From positions 1,639 through 65,638 of the IMG/VR virus record IMGVR_UViG_3300046163_000031: a DNA stretch of 64,000 bases, one strand, 5' to 3'. Position 1 is the first letter of the stretch. Each line of letters opens with the position of its first letter. A program made the position numbers and the translations under genes. Positions 1 to 9,923 of this stretch are shown here, one piece after another. The notes beneath the pieces are model-generated. The model did not search any database. It worked only from the letters and a program-made list of their open reading frames with translations, and had not been told where the DNA came from. The stretch comes from a virus (Duplodnaviria; Caudoviricetes).

Positions 1-326
1 TTCTCATACATTTTAGCTGGATGCTTGTCATAGTCATGAAAAATATTTGATTGATCTCCATGTGAAGAACCTGTACTACCGTGGTAACCTTTGTCTGTTC
101 CTTTGTAGTTTTTATAATCTATATGTTGATCTGATTGATCACCTTTCATTGACCCATGCATTTTAGGTGCGTGATTTCCTGGCCCACACATTTTAGCAGG
201 GTGGTCGTGTTTGTCGTGTTCACTGTTTTCTAAATAGTGTAGTCTAGCCGAAGCTGTCAAGTCTTTGTCGTAAGCTTTTGACGCGTCATATTTTTGCGCG
301 TAATGGTTGTTTCCTGTGTAACCCAT
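1..326 (-). CDS. His-rich hypothetical protein, runs off the window start
   Basis: Own translation from ATG at 326: MGYTGNNHYAQKYDASKAYDKDLTASARLHYLEN..., with HPAKM/HAPKM repeats and no stop before position 1. Confidence 0.7.
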   Translation of the reverse strand, partial: MGYTGNNHYAQKYDASKAYDKDLTASARLHYLENSEHDKHDHPAKMCGPGNHAPKMHGSMKGDQSDQHIDYKNYKGTDKGYHGSTGSSHGDQSNIFHDYDKHPAKMYE

Positions 327-363
327 GATTGTTTTTTTTTATTGTTTTGGTTTGGTTTTTATT

Positions 364-660
364 TTAACATTTCCAGCGTTTTCTAGCTGCTTTACCTCTT
401 TCGCCAGTCCAACCCTTTGATCTAGCGCAGAATGATTTTCTTCTTTTAGCAGCCTTACTTCCTGGTTTTACGTCACCTGTTACAGCTGTTTTTAATTTAC
501 TTCCTGGATTCTTTTTTCTATATTCCTTAACGCCTTTGCTAGTCATACCAGCACCTTCGTCAGTAGTTCTAAAATTTCTTCCTTTACCCTTAGTAGTTTT
601 TCTTATTTTGCCTTTTTTAGGCAAAGCAGAGTTAAATGGATTGTCTGACTGTATATACAT
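364..660 (-). CDS. Small basic phage protein (DUF6321-like)
   Basis: RRKSFCARSKGW...ARKRWKC motif common in marine phages. Confidence 0.65.
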   Translation of the reverse strand: MYIQSDNPFNSALPKKGKIRKTTKGKGRNFRTTDEGAGMTSKGVKEYRKKNPGSKLKTAVTGDVKPGSKAAKRRKSFCARSKGWTGERGKAARKRWKC

Positions 661-665
661 GCTTA

Positions 666-827
666 TTAAGCTTTAACACAGTTGTTAACCATTTTAATTT
701 TCCCTCCTTTAGTTTTTTTACCACTAGGTGATTTCTTTTTACCTTCAGCTTTATAACCTTTCCAGCAAGTTGCTTTTTTAGTTATTGGACTTGTTTTTGC
801 TGAATGTTGAATTTTTCCTATAAACAT
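666..827 (-). CDS. 53-aa basic protein with CWKGY...NCV motif (not in ORF track)
   Basis: Own translation MFIGKIQHSAKTSPITKKATCWKGYKAEGKKKSPSGKKTKGGKIKMVNNCVKA; fills the gap between neighbours. Confidence 0.7.
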   Translation of the reverse strand: MFIGKIQHSAKTSPITKKATCWKGYKAEGKKKSPSGKKTKGGKIKMVNNCVKA

Positions 828-828
828 A

Positions 829-1053
829 TTATCCTATTTTTGCTCTTGTAGTTATTGGTATACTAGAGTCACATGTTCTGCAGGGCGCTTTTAGTATTTG
901 CATACCTTTTATACCTGAGCTTGAACCTTCTCCGTGAGCTCTGCCTTCTTGGTTTAATGGCCCGTCCCAAACATGAGATTCACCCACTATACCTACTTTA
1001 GTTCCAGGTTTTAATTTCTCCATTGAAGGATCATATTTTCCGTGATTTGACAT
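829..1053 (-). CDS. Hypothetical protein
   Basis: ORF packed in minus-strand operon. Confidence 0.7.
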   Translation of the reverse strand: MSNHGKYDPSMEKLKPGTKVGIVGESHVWDGPLNQEGRAHGEGSSSGIKGMQILKAPCRTCDSSIPITTRAKIG

Positions 1054-1089
1054 ATTTTTTTATTTATTATTAATTTTTATTTATAGTTT

Positions 1090-2169
1090 TTATTTAAAAA
1101 TGTTTCCAATACCTTGTAATGCTCTTCCTATAAAACCTTTGCCTCCAGCTTGATAATTTTCAAAGTTTTTAAGTTTTTTATTAAGTCTATCATATTTTCT
1201 TGTTTTACCATCAGCTTTAGCGTCAGCCATTCTAGCTTTAATAGATGGTGCATTTCTTTTGTAAGTACCTAAAAAAGAATTTCTATGTTCTTTGTTTTTT
1301 AAATTAGAACCGTCAAAACCTTCTGAAATACCCATTTTACTTTGAAAATCATATTGAGTACTTGGTGGTGTTGTTGGAGTAGATGTTGATGATGGTGTTG
1401 TTGTGTTTAATGTGTTTTTAGGATTTGAGTAACTTCCTCCTTTTCCTCCACCCATAGAATTAAGATCTGGAAGACCTGGAAGACCTAAAGACTTATTTAC
1501 CGCGTTAGTGTCTTTTACATAATTAGTTTTAGCACCTGAAGCAACAAGATTACCTATATTCATAGCGTTTTTATAAGCATCAACAGCACTGTAAGCGCCT
1601 TTTGAAGGATTTTTCATAGCTACAGGAGATAATGCAGCTGTTTTTTCTAAATTATTACCATAAAGAGAACCTGCAACTTGTTGTGTTATCGGTTTAAAAG
1701 AATTTAATTGACCACTTTCACCTATGTTGGCTGGGTCTATAATACTTGGATCTTGTACGTTGTTCATATCGTTATTTGTTATTTGTGGTTTTCCAGCTGG
1801 TCCATATGTTAATAAATCTTGTTGGCTTTGAATTATATCTCTTTCTCTAGCAGCGTTTTGATAAGCCATGCCAGTTCTATCTCTATCGCTAACAACATTT
1901 TCACTATATCTTAGTTCATCTGGTAATTGAAAGTTTTTATATCTTCCATCAATATTATTTCCTAAACCATTAGCCCATTCTACTTTTTCAATTGGTTTTT
2001 CTGCAACTTCTTGCCCTGTAGCTTTTAAATAAGAATCTCTTTTCCACCATGGTGTTCCATCGTTTATACCACCTGGAGCAAACGCAGCTGCGTCTCTAGC
2101 TTCTTTTGCATCAACCTGCGCTTTTAATTGCGGATTTAATTGGTATGGCATACTTGATTTAAAACTCAT
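1090..2169 (-). CDS. Hypothetical low-complexity protein (possible virion internal protein)
   Basis: 359-aa ORF, S/T/P-rich stretch, basic C-terminus. Confidence 0.7.
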   Translation of the reverse strand: MSFKSSMPYQLNPQLKAQVDAKEARDAAAFAPGGINDGTPWWKRDSYLKATGQEVAEKPIEKVEWANGLGNNIDGRYKNFQLPDELRYSENVVSDRDRTGMAYQNAARERDIIQSQQDLLTYGPAGKPQITNNDMNNVQDPSIIDPANIGESGQLNSFKPITQQVAGSLYGNNLEKTAALSPVAMKNPSKGAYSAVDAYKNAMNIGNLVASGAKTNYVKDTNAVNKSLGLPGLPDLNSMGGGKGGSYSNPKNTLNTTTPSSTSTPTTPPSTQYDFQSKMGISEGFDGSNLKNKEHRNSFLGTYKRNAPSIKARMADAKADGKTRKYDRLNKKLKNFENYQAGGKGFIGRALQGIGNIFK

Positions 2170-2171
2170 GT

Positions 2172-2618
2172 TTATCTGTGTTTATCTTTGTTTACATTAT
2201 AAATAGCTTTTGTCAGTACTTTATCTGTATAACTATTTCCATTTATTATTTTGTTTCTTCTTCTACTAATAGGTAAATCTTCTTCACCTAACATTATTTT
2301 ATAAATTTTGTTTATTAATTGTTTAAATTTAAAAGAAACATTATATATATTGTACTTCTGTGTTGTTCTATTTCTATTTCTCCAAACAACTATCCAGCCC
2401 TGCTTAAGAAGTCTGTTCCATCGGCGATTATCCCAACTATATGAGTAACTACCAGTTTTAAAATCTTGTTTAGTGAAATACTCTATAGATTCTAAGTATA
2501 TTAACAATTCTAAATCAGCGTCATTTAAGTTGTTGTTTTTACAAGCCCACTTTCGGATTATACGGTAGTGTTTTAACAGATTAAGATTTTTTAAATCTAC
2601 TGCATCTAGCTTTCTCAT
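2172..2618 (-). CDS. Putative winged-helix DNA-binding protein
   Basis: Basic 148 aa; DLELLIYL...RLLKQGWI pattern suggests a wHTH. Confidence 0.45.
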   Translation of the reverse strand: MRKLDAVDLKNLNLLKHYRIIRKWACKNNNLNDADLELLIYLESIEYFTKQDFKTGSYSYSWDNRRWNRLLKQGWIVVWRNRNRTTQKYNIYNVSFKFKQLINKIYKIMLGEEDLPISRRRNKIINGNSYTDKVLTKAIYNVNKDKHR

Positions 2619-2875
2619 AAAACAACAACTACATCTTGTAATTTAATGACGTGATAGGTTAAATCACCTATTTCTATTTTGTGACCCGCGTGTCTATCAA
2701 AGAATATAGTATCTGATTGCTTTAAACCTTCGACCTCATTTCCAATAGATATAATCTTAGCCTTTGTATATCTAATGTCTTCTCTATGTGACTCCGCAAG
2801 AATTAAACCACCTTTTGTTTCTGTGGTTACTTGTTTTTCTTTTTCTATTATTAAATTTCTACCTATTGCTTTCAT
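2615..2875 (-). CDS. groES: Co-chaperonin GroES
   Basis: ETKGGLIL mobile loop, cpn10 length, adjacent to groEL. Confidence 0.92.
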   Translation of the reverse strand: MKAIGRNLIIEKEKQVTTETKGGLILAESHREDIRYTKAKIISIGNEVEGLKQSDTIFFDRHAGHKIEIGDLTYHVIKLQDVVVVL

Positions 2876-4415
2876 CTATTCTTATGTTATTTATTACACA
2901 ATCAGTTGAAAGTATTGTAGTAGCTACTGACGCCGCGTTTTTTAAAGCGCTTTTAGTAACTAATAATGGATCAATTATACCATAATCAATCATGTTAACT
3001 GTTTTACCAGTAATAACATCTAAGCCTCTTCCTTTTATCTTAGGTATATCAATGTCTATTATACCAGCATTTTCTAATATAGTCTTAAATGGTGCTCTAA
3101 TTGCCTCTAGCAGTATAGTCTCTCCATCTGACTTAGCTTTTATATTAGAACTAGCGTTTAATAAAGCAATTCCACCACCTGGCACTATACCTTCTTTAAT
3201 AGCGGCTTTAGTAGCACAAACAGCGTCTTCAACTCTATCCATTTTTTCTTTTAATTCGATATCTGAATTAGCACCGACTTTAACAACTGCAATTTTTGCA
3301 GCTAACATGGCTAGTCGCTTTTCTAGTCTTATAGTTTTGTCAGGAATTTTACATACTAACAATTCTTTTTTTATATCTTTTATAATTGTTAAAGACTCTT
3401 GATTTATTTCTTTAAGTTGAATTATAGTTTCTGTTTTATCAGTAACAGACTTTAAACATGATCCTAAATGTTCTATTTGAATCATATCCATATCATCGCC
3501 TAAATCTTCGTTTATTAACGTAGCACCTGTTAAAAGAGCTAAATCATCAAACATCTCTTTTCTGTTAACACCTAGTGTAGGTGCTTCAATTACATTTACT
3601 TTTATATTACCTTTAGTTTTATTCATTGCTAAAGCCGATAAAACTTCTGGACTTAAATCACCTATAACCAGTAAAGGTTTATTGTTTTTTATTACGTACT
3701 CTAAAACACTTTGTATTTGTCTAATACTTTCTACTGGAGATTCTATAAGTAAAACAAGTGGATTAGTTAATTCCGCTGTATTTTTAGCTTTATTAGTAAC
3801 AAAATGAGGACTAGTTAATCCTTTAAAATATTGAGAACCCTCTATTACTTCAAGCTCTGTTTTACCACTTTCTGACTGCTCCATCATTACAACACCTGTA
3901 TTATCTACAGATCTAAACGCATCGGCTATAATTTTACCTAGTTTATTGTCGTTGTTTGTAGATATAGTTGCTATTTGATCAATCATATCATTTTTAACTG
4001 GTAATGATATTGATTCTAAATATTTAATTACTTTATCAGTAGCTTTATTTATACCTTCCTTTATCTCTCTAGAGTTACTAGTGCTTGAAAGCTTATACGC
4101 TTCAATTAAAATAGCATGAGCTAATACCGTTGCAGTAGTAGTTCCATCACCAGCTTCTTTTACTGTTTTTCTTGCGGCTTGTTTTAATAAACTACAACCT
4201 AAATTTTCTATAGGGTTTTTAAGTATTACACTATCCGCAACTGTTACACCATCTTTTGTTATGGTTGGGTTTCCAAAGGAATCTTCTAGCAAAACACACT
4301 TGCCGCTAGCTCCAAGTGTAGAGCTAACAGCTTTTGTGAGTTTTTCTATACCTTTAAATACTTCTTGCTTAGCTTCGTTTCCAAAACTAAGGTTTTTTAC
4401 TATCATGTCTGACAT
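2859..4415 (-). CDS. groEL: Chaperonin GroEL
   Basis: ITKDGVTVA, AGDGTTTAT, RVEDA, GIVPGGG and GIIDP motifs; no GGM tail. Confidence 0.97.
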   Translation of the reverse strand: MSDMIVKNLSFGNEAKQEVFKGIEKLTKAVSSTLGASGKCVLLEDSFGNPTITKDGVTVADSVILKNPIENLGCSLLKQAARKTVKEAGDGTTTATVLAHAILIEAYKLSSTSNSREIKEGINKATDKVIKYLESISLPVKNDMIDQIATISTNNDNKLGKIIADAFRSVDNTGVVMMEQSESGKTELEVIEGSQYFKGLTSPHFVTNKAKNTAELTNPLVLLIESPVESIRQIQSVLEYVIKNNKPLLVIGDLSPEVLSALAMNKTKGNIKVNVIEAPTLGVNRKEMFDDLALLTGATLINEDLGDDMDMIQIEHLGSCLKSVTDKTETIIQLKEINQESLTIIKDIKKELLVCKIPDKTIRLEKRLAMLAAKIAVVKVGANSDIELKEKMDRVEDAVCATKAAIKEGIVPGGGIALLNASSNIKAKSDGETILLEAIRAPFKTILENAGIIDIDIPKIKGRGLDVITGKTVNMIDYGIIDPLLVTKSALKNAASVATTILSTDCVINNIRIDESNR

Positions 4416-4443
4416 AATTTGATTTAATTAAATTTGATTTATT

Positions 4444-4785
4444 TTATTTAAAAGTTTTTACAACCTTAGGTCCATTTGCAAATTCTATTTTTTTAGCATA
4501 ATGAGCAACTGATGAATCAATAGCTTGTTCTGCTCCTTCTAATGTTTCGCGTCTGGTTACATCAATCCAGTTTTCGCAACATGTATCTTTTTCAGGATTA
4601 CATTCACATTTTGGATCTTTGTATTCGGTTTGGTAAAAACCATTTGGTAATTGTACAATACGCCAGTTCTTTTTGTCAGCTACATGCTTCCAAAGGTTTA
4701 AGGTTTCTTGTGTTATTTGTGGTTGACTATTCCACGAACTAGTCTGGTAAAAAAATGTCATTGGTTTCGGTTTTAAATTAGACAT
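4444..4785 (-). CDS. Hypothetical phage protein
   Basis: 113-aa ORF in operon orientation. Confidence 0.7.
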   Translation of the reverse strand: MSNLKPKPMTFFYQTSSWNSQPQITQETLNLWKHVADKKNWRIVQLPNGFYQTEYKDPKCECNPEKDTCCENWIDVTRRETLEGAEQAIDSSVAHYAKKIEFANGPKVVKTFK

Positions 4786-4847
4786 TGGTTATTGCTCTCA
4801 CCGAGCAGGTATATTTCTATTATCACTTGATTTTAGCAGTTTTTACA

Positions 4848-7800
4848 TTAAAAAGTAGTTGCATTAAATATTCTATATTTTAATTTTATAGATATACTTA
4901 TTACACCAGTTGGCAAAGCACCATTTGATGCCTTGTGTAATGTAGTTGCTGTGTTGGTTTTATAAGTTCTTGTCTGTAATGGAACATCTCTTGCACAAAA
5001 CCCATAACTTGGATTTACAGGTGTTCCTTGTGAGGCACTTAATATTTCATTTATTCTTGTTCCAGGTAGTGTAGATATTATAGCGGAGGCATTTGTATTA
5101 CTTGCTTGTCTTACATCATAAGTTTGAGTACCACTCATAGATCCTGTTGCACTATACTTCACCATCCAATCAGATTCTGTAACTATAATTGCTTTGTTTG
5201 TTCCTGGTGCTGCTATTAAAGTTTGGCCTAAAGTTGCGTTTAATTGAGCTCTTGTAAATGTCCATGTTCCTTCTTGTTCACCTCTTACAACATTACCACT
5301 TGGATCAACAGCTAAAGTTGCTAATGTATCTTGAGATGGTGCTTGATTGTTTTGATTAGCATTTAAGCTTCCTGTTGTGGCAACTGATGTAGAAGTATAT
5401 GGATCAAAAGCAATTTTTCCTTCTTTTACAGTAATTTGCTTTGCGCCTTTACTTACAAGACTTACTCCGTTACTGCCATCAAACTCTCCTAAACCTGTGT
5501 CTGTATCATTTGTAGAAGTATACCCAACCGTTGAGACTCCTGTTTTAACGTGATAGCTCTTTTCTGAATACAAAGTTCCAGAAGAAAAAGTAAGCGAACT
5601 ACTTGAGTTTACACTTGAAGTACCGTTCCAAAGAGTTACCCTTCCACTTGAGCCTGTACCTGTTACTGTACCTGTGTTTGTTGTATAACCTGCTCCGTTT
5701 GTTAATTGGTTATTGTTTGTTATGCCGTTATTTATAGTAACAGTAGCCCCACTACGTGATGTTGTAATATTAGTACCACCTGCTATATCTACAGTAGTTC
5801 CTTGACCAATAGACATTGAACCACCACTGTCAGCAGTTAAATTCCAATTACTCATTGTTCCTGTAGCAGTAGTATAACCTGCTCCGTTTGTAAGTTGATT
5901 GTTATTTGTTATGGTGTTAGTAATAGTGAGAGTTCCGCCACTTGAAGTAGAAGTAAGTTCTGTTTGTATTCCTGCACCCTGAGCAAAAGTAACAGTTTCT
6001 CCGTTACTTACTGTACTTGTTTCTACACCATTACCTTCTTTTAAAATCCAGGTAGACATTGAACCTCCTGAAGATGTTACATACCCAGCACCATTAGTTA
6101 ACTGGTTATTGTTAGTAATATAATTTGCATTTGTAGCACCTGTATATCCAAGCGTAGCTAGTGTGGTTGTGGCAGATGTTAGACTTGTAACATGTCCATA
6201 TGTATCTAGTGTTACGTCTTGTATATATTTATTACCTGAATTATTTACAGAACCTTGACTTGACGTATCTGCGTGTGATAGAGTTCCAGTTGAAGTTATT
6301 GTTCCACCCGTAAGTCCACCTCCAGTTGCTACAGATGTTACACCCTGCCCATCATTTGTAGCATTAATAGTTATAGTGTCACCAGATCTAACGGTAGTAA
6401 TATTAGTACCAGCTGCAATCGTTAATGTGTCATTATTGCTATTAGCAGTAGCTGTACCACCTGAGCTTGCTGTAAAATTCTTATATATGTTTTGTGATGA
6501 TCCTCTGTCTGTGTTTGTTAAAGTTCCAGTACTTGTTATTGTACCACCAGATAATCCTGTACTTGTTGCTATAGATGTTACACCTGCGCTTGAACTTGTT
6601 CCTGCACCTATTAAACTTCTAACCTCTGCTGCTGTAATTCCACTATTTAAACTTGGTGTAGCACCATTACTTAATATAGCTGGAGTACCAGTATCATTGA
6701 CAACTCCTAAGTTGCTTCTAGCTGCGGACGCGGATGATGCGCCAGTTCCTCCATTAGCAACTGATAAATCCGTACCTGACCAGTTTCCATTATTAATACT
6801 AACTGATCCACCTAATGTAATAGTACCTGTAGATGTTATTGTACCTCCGGTTAATGTTAAACCATTTACTGATCCTGACGTGGCTACACTTGTAACACCT
6901 GAAACCACTGAGCTCGAAGCTGCTCCTATAAAAGTTCTAATAGCAGAAGCATCACTACAAAAACGTATGTAGTTGTCTGTTGTACTGGTTCTAAATGCTA
7001 TTGCTCCACCTATAGTACTTTGATTTTGATAATTAGATCTAAATAATCTTGCGTTAATATCAGCAGCTGAATCTCTATAAGCAATAGTACTTGCTGTTGC
7101 AGCAGTTGTTGCATTTGAAGTTACTGTAAATGTAGTGTTACCACTTTGATTTGCAGTTGCATCCATAGAACCACTTAAACCAAGACCACTTGTTCTACCG
7201 TCTATTTGACCATTTCCAACTGATGGCACTGAAGATGAAGTTATAAATCCAGCGTCATTACTAAATATACTTAATCCTATTTCGTTAGCTGCCTTTCTAC
7301 GTTCTGCACCAGAGTCCAATACTATAAATTCATCAGTTCCAATCATTGTAGCTGTCATATCAGTAAGTTCTGATAAGTCTAATGTAATTGTGCCTGACGT
7401 TGAAAATGAACCGTCTAACCCAGTTCCAGTTGAAACTTGAGTTACAGTTCCTTGAGGGTTACTAAATGATGTAGTATAAGTACCACCATCATTTTGTGTA
7501 AGTGTTAATGTTATTGTAGAAGAACCTGAGTCACTAAAGCCAGTGATCATGTTATCATACGCGGAGTTAGATTCTGCTGAACTACCACCTGACCAATTTA
7601 CCTGACCACCTATTGTTAAAAGGTTTGTTGAGGTATTAAACGTTAACCCTGTATCACTTGTAATATTTGATGCACTATTCCACACTGCAATTCTACCAGA
7701 TGAACCACTTCCTGTTACGTTACCAACTTGTGTATTATCTATCTTTTGCCAAGCATCTGTAGCTTGATCAGAGAATACAGCCCAATCTCCTACTGCCCAA

Positions 7801-9881
7801 TCTGTGATGCCATCTAAGTTGGTAGATCCAGCTACTGAAACTATGTAGTATTCTCCTACTGTTCCTGATCCACTTGTTAATGTTGGTGAGTTTGTACTTG
7901 CATTCCATACTCCATCATATTTTAATACCCCTGTTACAGCTGTATCAATAGCTGTTTGTATCTGTGCACCAGTTGCTAAGTTAGAAGAAGAAGAACTTAC
8001 TGCACCAGTTTTTGGTGTTAATGTTATTGCTGTTGTTCCGCTAGAAGTTAATGTGTTACTATCTCCAGTTGCAACAGTAACTACTTTACCAGTTGCTCCT
8101 GTTGTTACCGCTGTAACCCTTCCATATGCATCTACTGTAATATTATCTATCTTAGTACTGTTAGAAGTAGAACCGTAAGTTCCAGCTCCAACACCACCAG
8201 TTGCCATGTTAATAGTAATTGTTTCATTAATACCTTGGTTAGTTGTAAAATTACCACCAGTTGTTAAGTTTGTACCTGCAGCTATAGTTATAGTTGCATT
8301 GTTTACTGTAGGTAAAGATGATGATGTTATAAATCCAGAATCATTATTAAATATACTAAGACCTATTTCACCTGCACGTTTTCTTCTTTCAGCACTACTA
8401 TCTAATACTATGAACTCGTCATTAGTATTCATACCTGCTGTCATGTCTGTAAATTCAGATAAATCTAAACTAAGTGAAGTAGCACCAGCATCTAAGCCGG
8501 CACCTAAACTTATTTCAGTTAAATCTAATGTAACAGCAAATGTAGAATTGCCAGATTGATTAGCCGTAAATGAAGCACCACCGTCAAGACCTGTACTTGT
8601 GGTCATTGTGAGGGTTCCGTTACCAATTGATGGTATTGAAGATGAGGTTATAAAACCTGCGTCATTATTAAAAATACTTAAGCCTATATCTGTAAACTGA
8701 ACTTTATTAGTTTCACCTCCACCGCTATCGTCTCCAATAAGAATATAATCGTCACCATCCGCGGATTGTGGGTTTGCTGTTGGAGCATCATTAATTAGAC
8801 CTGTCGAGCTATAGTCAACAGATATAGTCCCTGTACTTGTTATTGTGCCACCTGTTAGTCCACTACCTGTAGCAACACTTGTTACACCTTGGGCGTCACT
8901 ATTAGAATTAATAGCCGTAACGTGCCCTGTAGCATCTACTGTTACAGTAGCTCTTGCATATGAACCTGCAGCCACACCTGAATTTGCATGAGCAATAGTT
9001 ACAGAACCACTTGATCCACCACCTGTTATTGGTGAGGCTGTAGTTACATTTGTAATATCACCTTGAGGTACACCAGCAACAGCATTATCAACGTAAGTCT
9101 TGTTTGCTGCATCTGTTCCAGATGAAACTGTGTCTACACCTTGTATTCTACCTGTTCCTTCTAAAGTTATATCACCGCCTGAAACTGTTATATCGCCTGA
9201 AAAAGTTGTGTCTTTTGCGAAAGTGAATGCGTTTGCTCCTAAACTTACGTGATCTGTAAACGTACTGCCATCTGAAGCATATTGAAGTCTATAACCACCC
9301 GTTTGCACTCTATTTCTCCATCTAGCCGTAACATCTGTTTCATCAAACAATATCGAAGGAACTGTACTTTCTATTTCTATTGCAGTAGCTATAGCTGTTC
9401 CTGTTACAGTAACACCACTACTTGTAGTATTAAACTTTAAAATATTGTTTTGATATAATTGTACAGAGCTATCATCATTAATTACAATACCATTTTCACC
9501 AGATTTTGCCTGTAAATATATATTTTTACCAGTATCATCATCAACATTGTTTCTTATATACAAATGTCCGGCATTGTTATCTATATAACTATTGGTTGCA
9601 TTGTGGTATACTTCTAAATCTGATCCTGTACCGTAAATAGCTTTTACATTGTCACTATGCAAAGTATTACCAGTCATAGTTCCACCAGCTAAAGGTAAGT
9701 AAGCTCCACCTGTTGCGGGAGCTGCTCCAATATCAGAAAGTACTTCCGCTGCGGTTCTGTATTTAACTACCCCATTACTGTCAGGTACTAAAAACTTACC
9801 TGGATTGGTAGTTGCGTTTGATATACTGGATACAGTTAATGTGCCTTTTACATCTTGATCTGCATAATATATTATAGCCAT
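4848..9881 (-). CDS. Large repetitive tail fibre / receptor-binding protein
   Basis: 1677 aa, G/S/T-rich, with internal repeats ITNNNQLTNGAGY, GVTSVATG.GL.GGTITSTGT and TVDAYGRVT. Confidence 0.8.
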   Translation of the reverse strand: MAIIYYADQDVKGTLTVSSISNATTNPGKFLVPDSNGVVKYRTAAEVLSDIGAAPATGGAYLPLAGGTMTGNTLHSDNVKAIYGTGSDLEVYHNATNSYIDNNAGHLYIRNNVDDDTGKNIYLQAKSGENGIVINDDSSVQLYQNNILKFNTTSSGVTVTGTAIATAIEIESTVPSILFDETDVTARWRNRVQTGGYRLQYASDGSTFTDHVSLGANAFTFAKDTTFSGDITVSGGDITLEGTGRIQGVDTVSSGTDAANKTYVDNAVAGVPQGDITNVTTASPITGGGSSGSVTIAHANSGVAAGSYARATVTVDATGHVTAINSNSDAQGVTSVATGSGLTGGTITSTGTISVDYSSTGLINDAPTANPQSADGDDYILIGDDSGGGETNKVQFTDIGLSIFNNDAGFITSSSIPSIGNGTLTMTTSTGLDGGASFTANQSGNSTFAVTLDLTEISLGAGLDAGATSLSLDLSEFTDMTAGMNTNDEFIVLDSSAERRKRAGEIGLSIFNNDSGFITSSSLPTVNNATITIAAGTNLTTGGNFTTNQGINETITINMATGGVGAGTYGSTSNSTKIDNITVDAYGRVTAVTTGATGKVVTVATGDSNTLTSSGTTAITLTPKTGAVSSSSSNLATGAQIQTAIDTAVTGVLKYDGVWNASTNSPTLTSGSGTVGEYYIVSVAGSTNLDGITDWAVGDWAVFSDQATDAWQKIDNTQVGNVTGSGSSGRIAVWNSASNITSDTGLTFNTSTNLLTIGGQVNWSGGSSAESNSAYDNMITGFSDSGSSTITLTLTQNDGGTYTTSFSNPQGTVTQVSTGTGLDGSFSTSGTITLDLSELTDMTATMIGTDEFIVLDSGAERRKAANEIGLSIFSNDAGFITSSSVPSVGNGQIDGRTSGLGLSGSMDATANQSGNTTFTVTSNATTAATASTIAYRDSAADINARLFRSNYQNQSTIGGAIAFRTSTTDNYIRFCSDASAIRTFIGAASSSVVSGVTSVATSGSVNGLTLTGGTITSTGTITLGGSVSINNGNWSGTDLSVANGGTGASSASAARSNLGVVNDTGTPAILSNGATPSLNSGITAAEVRSLIGAGTSSSAGVTSIATSTGLSGGTITSTGTLTNTDRGSSQNIYKNFTASSGGTATANSNNDTLTIAAGTNITTVRSGDTITINATNDGQGVTSVATGGGLTGGTITSTGTLSHADTSSQGSVNNSGNKYIQDVTLDTYGHVTSLTSATTTLATLGYTGATNANYITNNNQLTNGAGYVTSSGGSMSTWILKEGNGVETSTVSNGETVTFAQGAGIQTELTSTSSGGTLTITNTITNNNQLTNGAGYTTATGTMSNWNLTADSGGSMSIGQGTTVDIAGGTNITTSRSGATVTINNGITNNNQLTNGAGYTTNTGTVTGTGSSGRVTLWNGTSSVNSSSSLTFSSGTLYSEKSYHVKTGVSTVGYTSTNDTDTGLGEFDGSNGVSLVSKGAKQITVKEGKIAFDPYTSTSVATTGSLNANQNNQAPSQDTLATLAVDPSGNVVRGEQEGTWTFTRAQLNATLGQTLIAAPGTNKAIIVTESDWMVKYSATGSMSGTQTYDVRQASNTNASAIISTLPGTRINEILSASQGTPVNPSYGFCARDVPLQTRTYKTNTATTLHKASNGALPTGVISISIKLKYRIFNATTF

Positions 9882-9923
9882 TTATATTTAGTTTATTTAT
9901 TAATTAAATTAAATTGAATTTTA

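Noticed and set aside
2788-8559. Plus-strand ORFs antisense to groEL and the tail fibre
   Set aside because: Shadow frames of well-supported genes; the same applies to antisense or alternate-frame ORFs within 19731-60364
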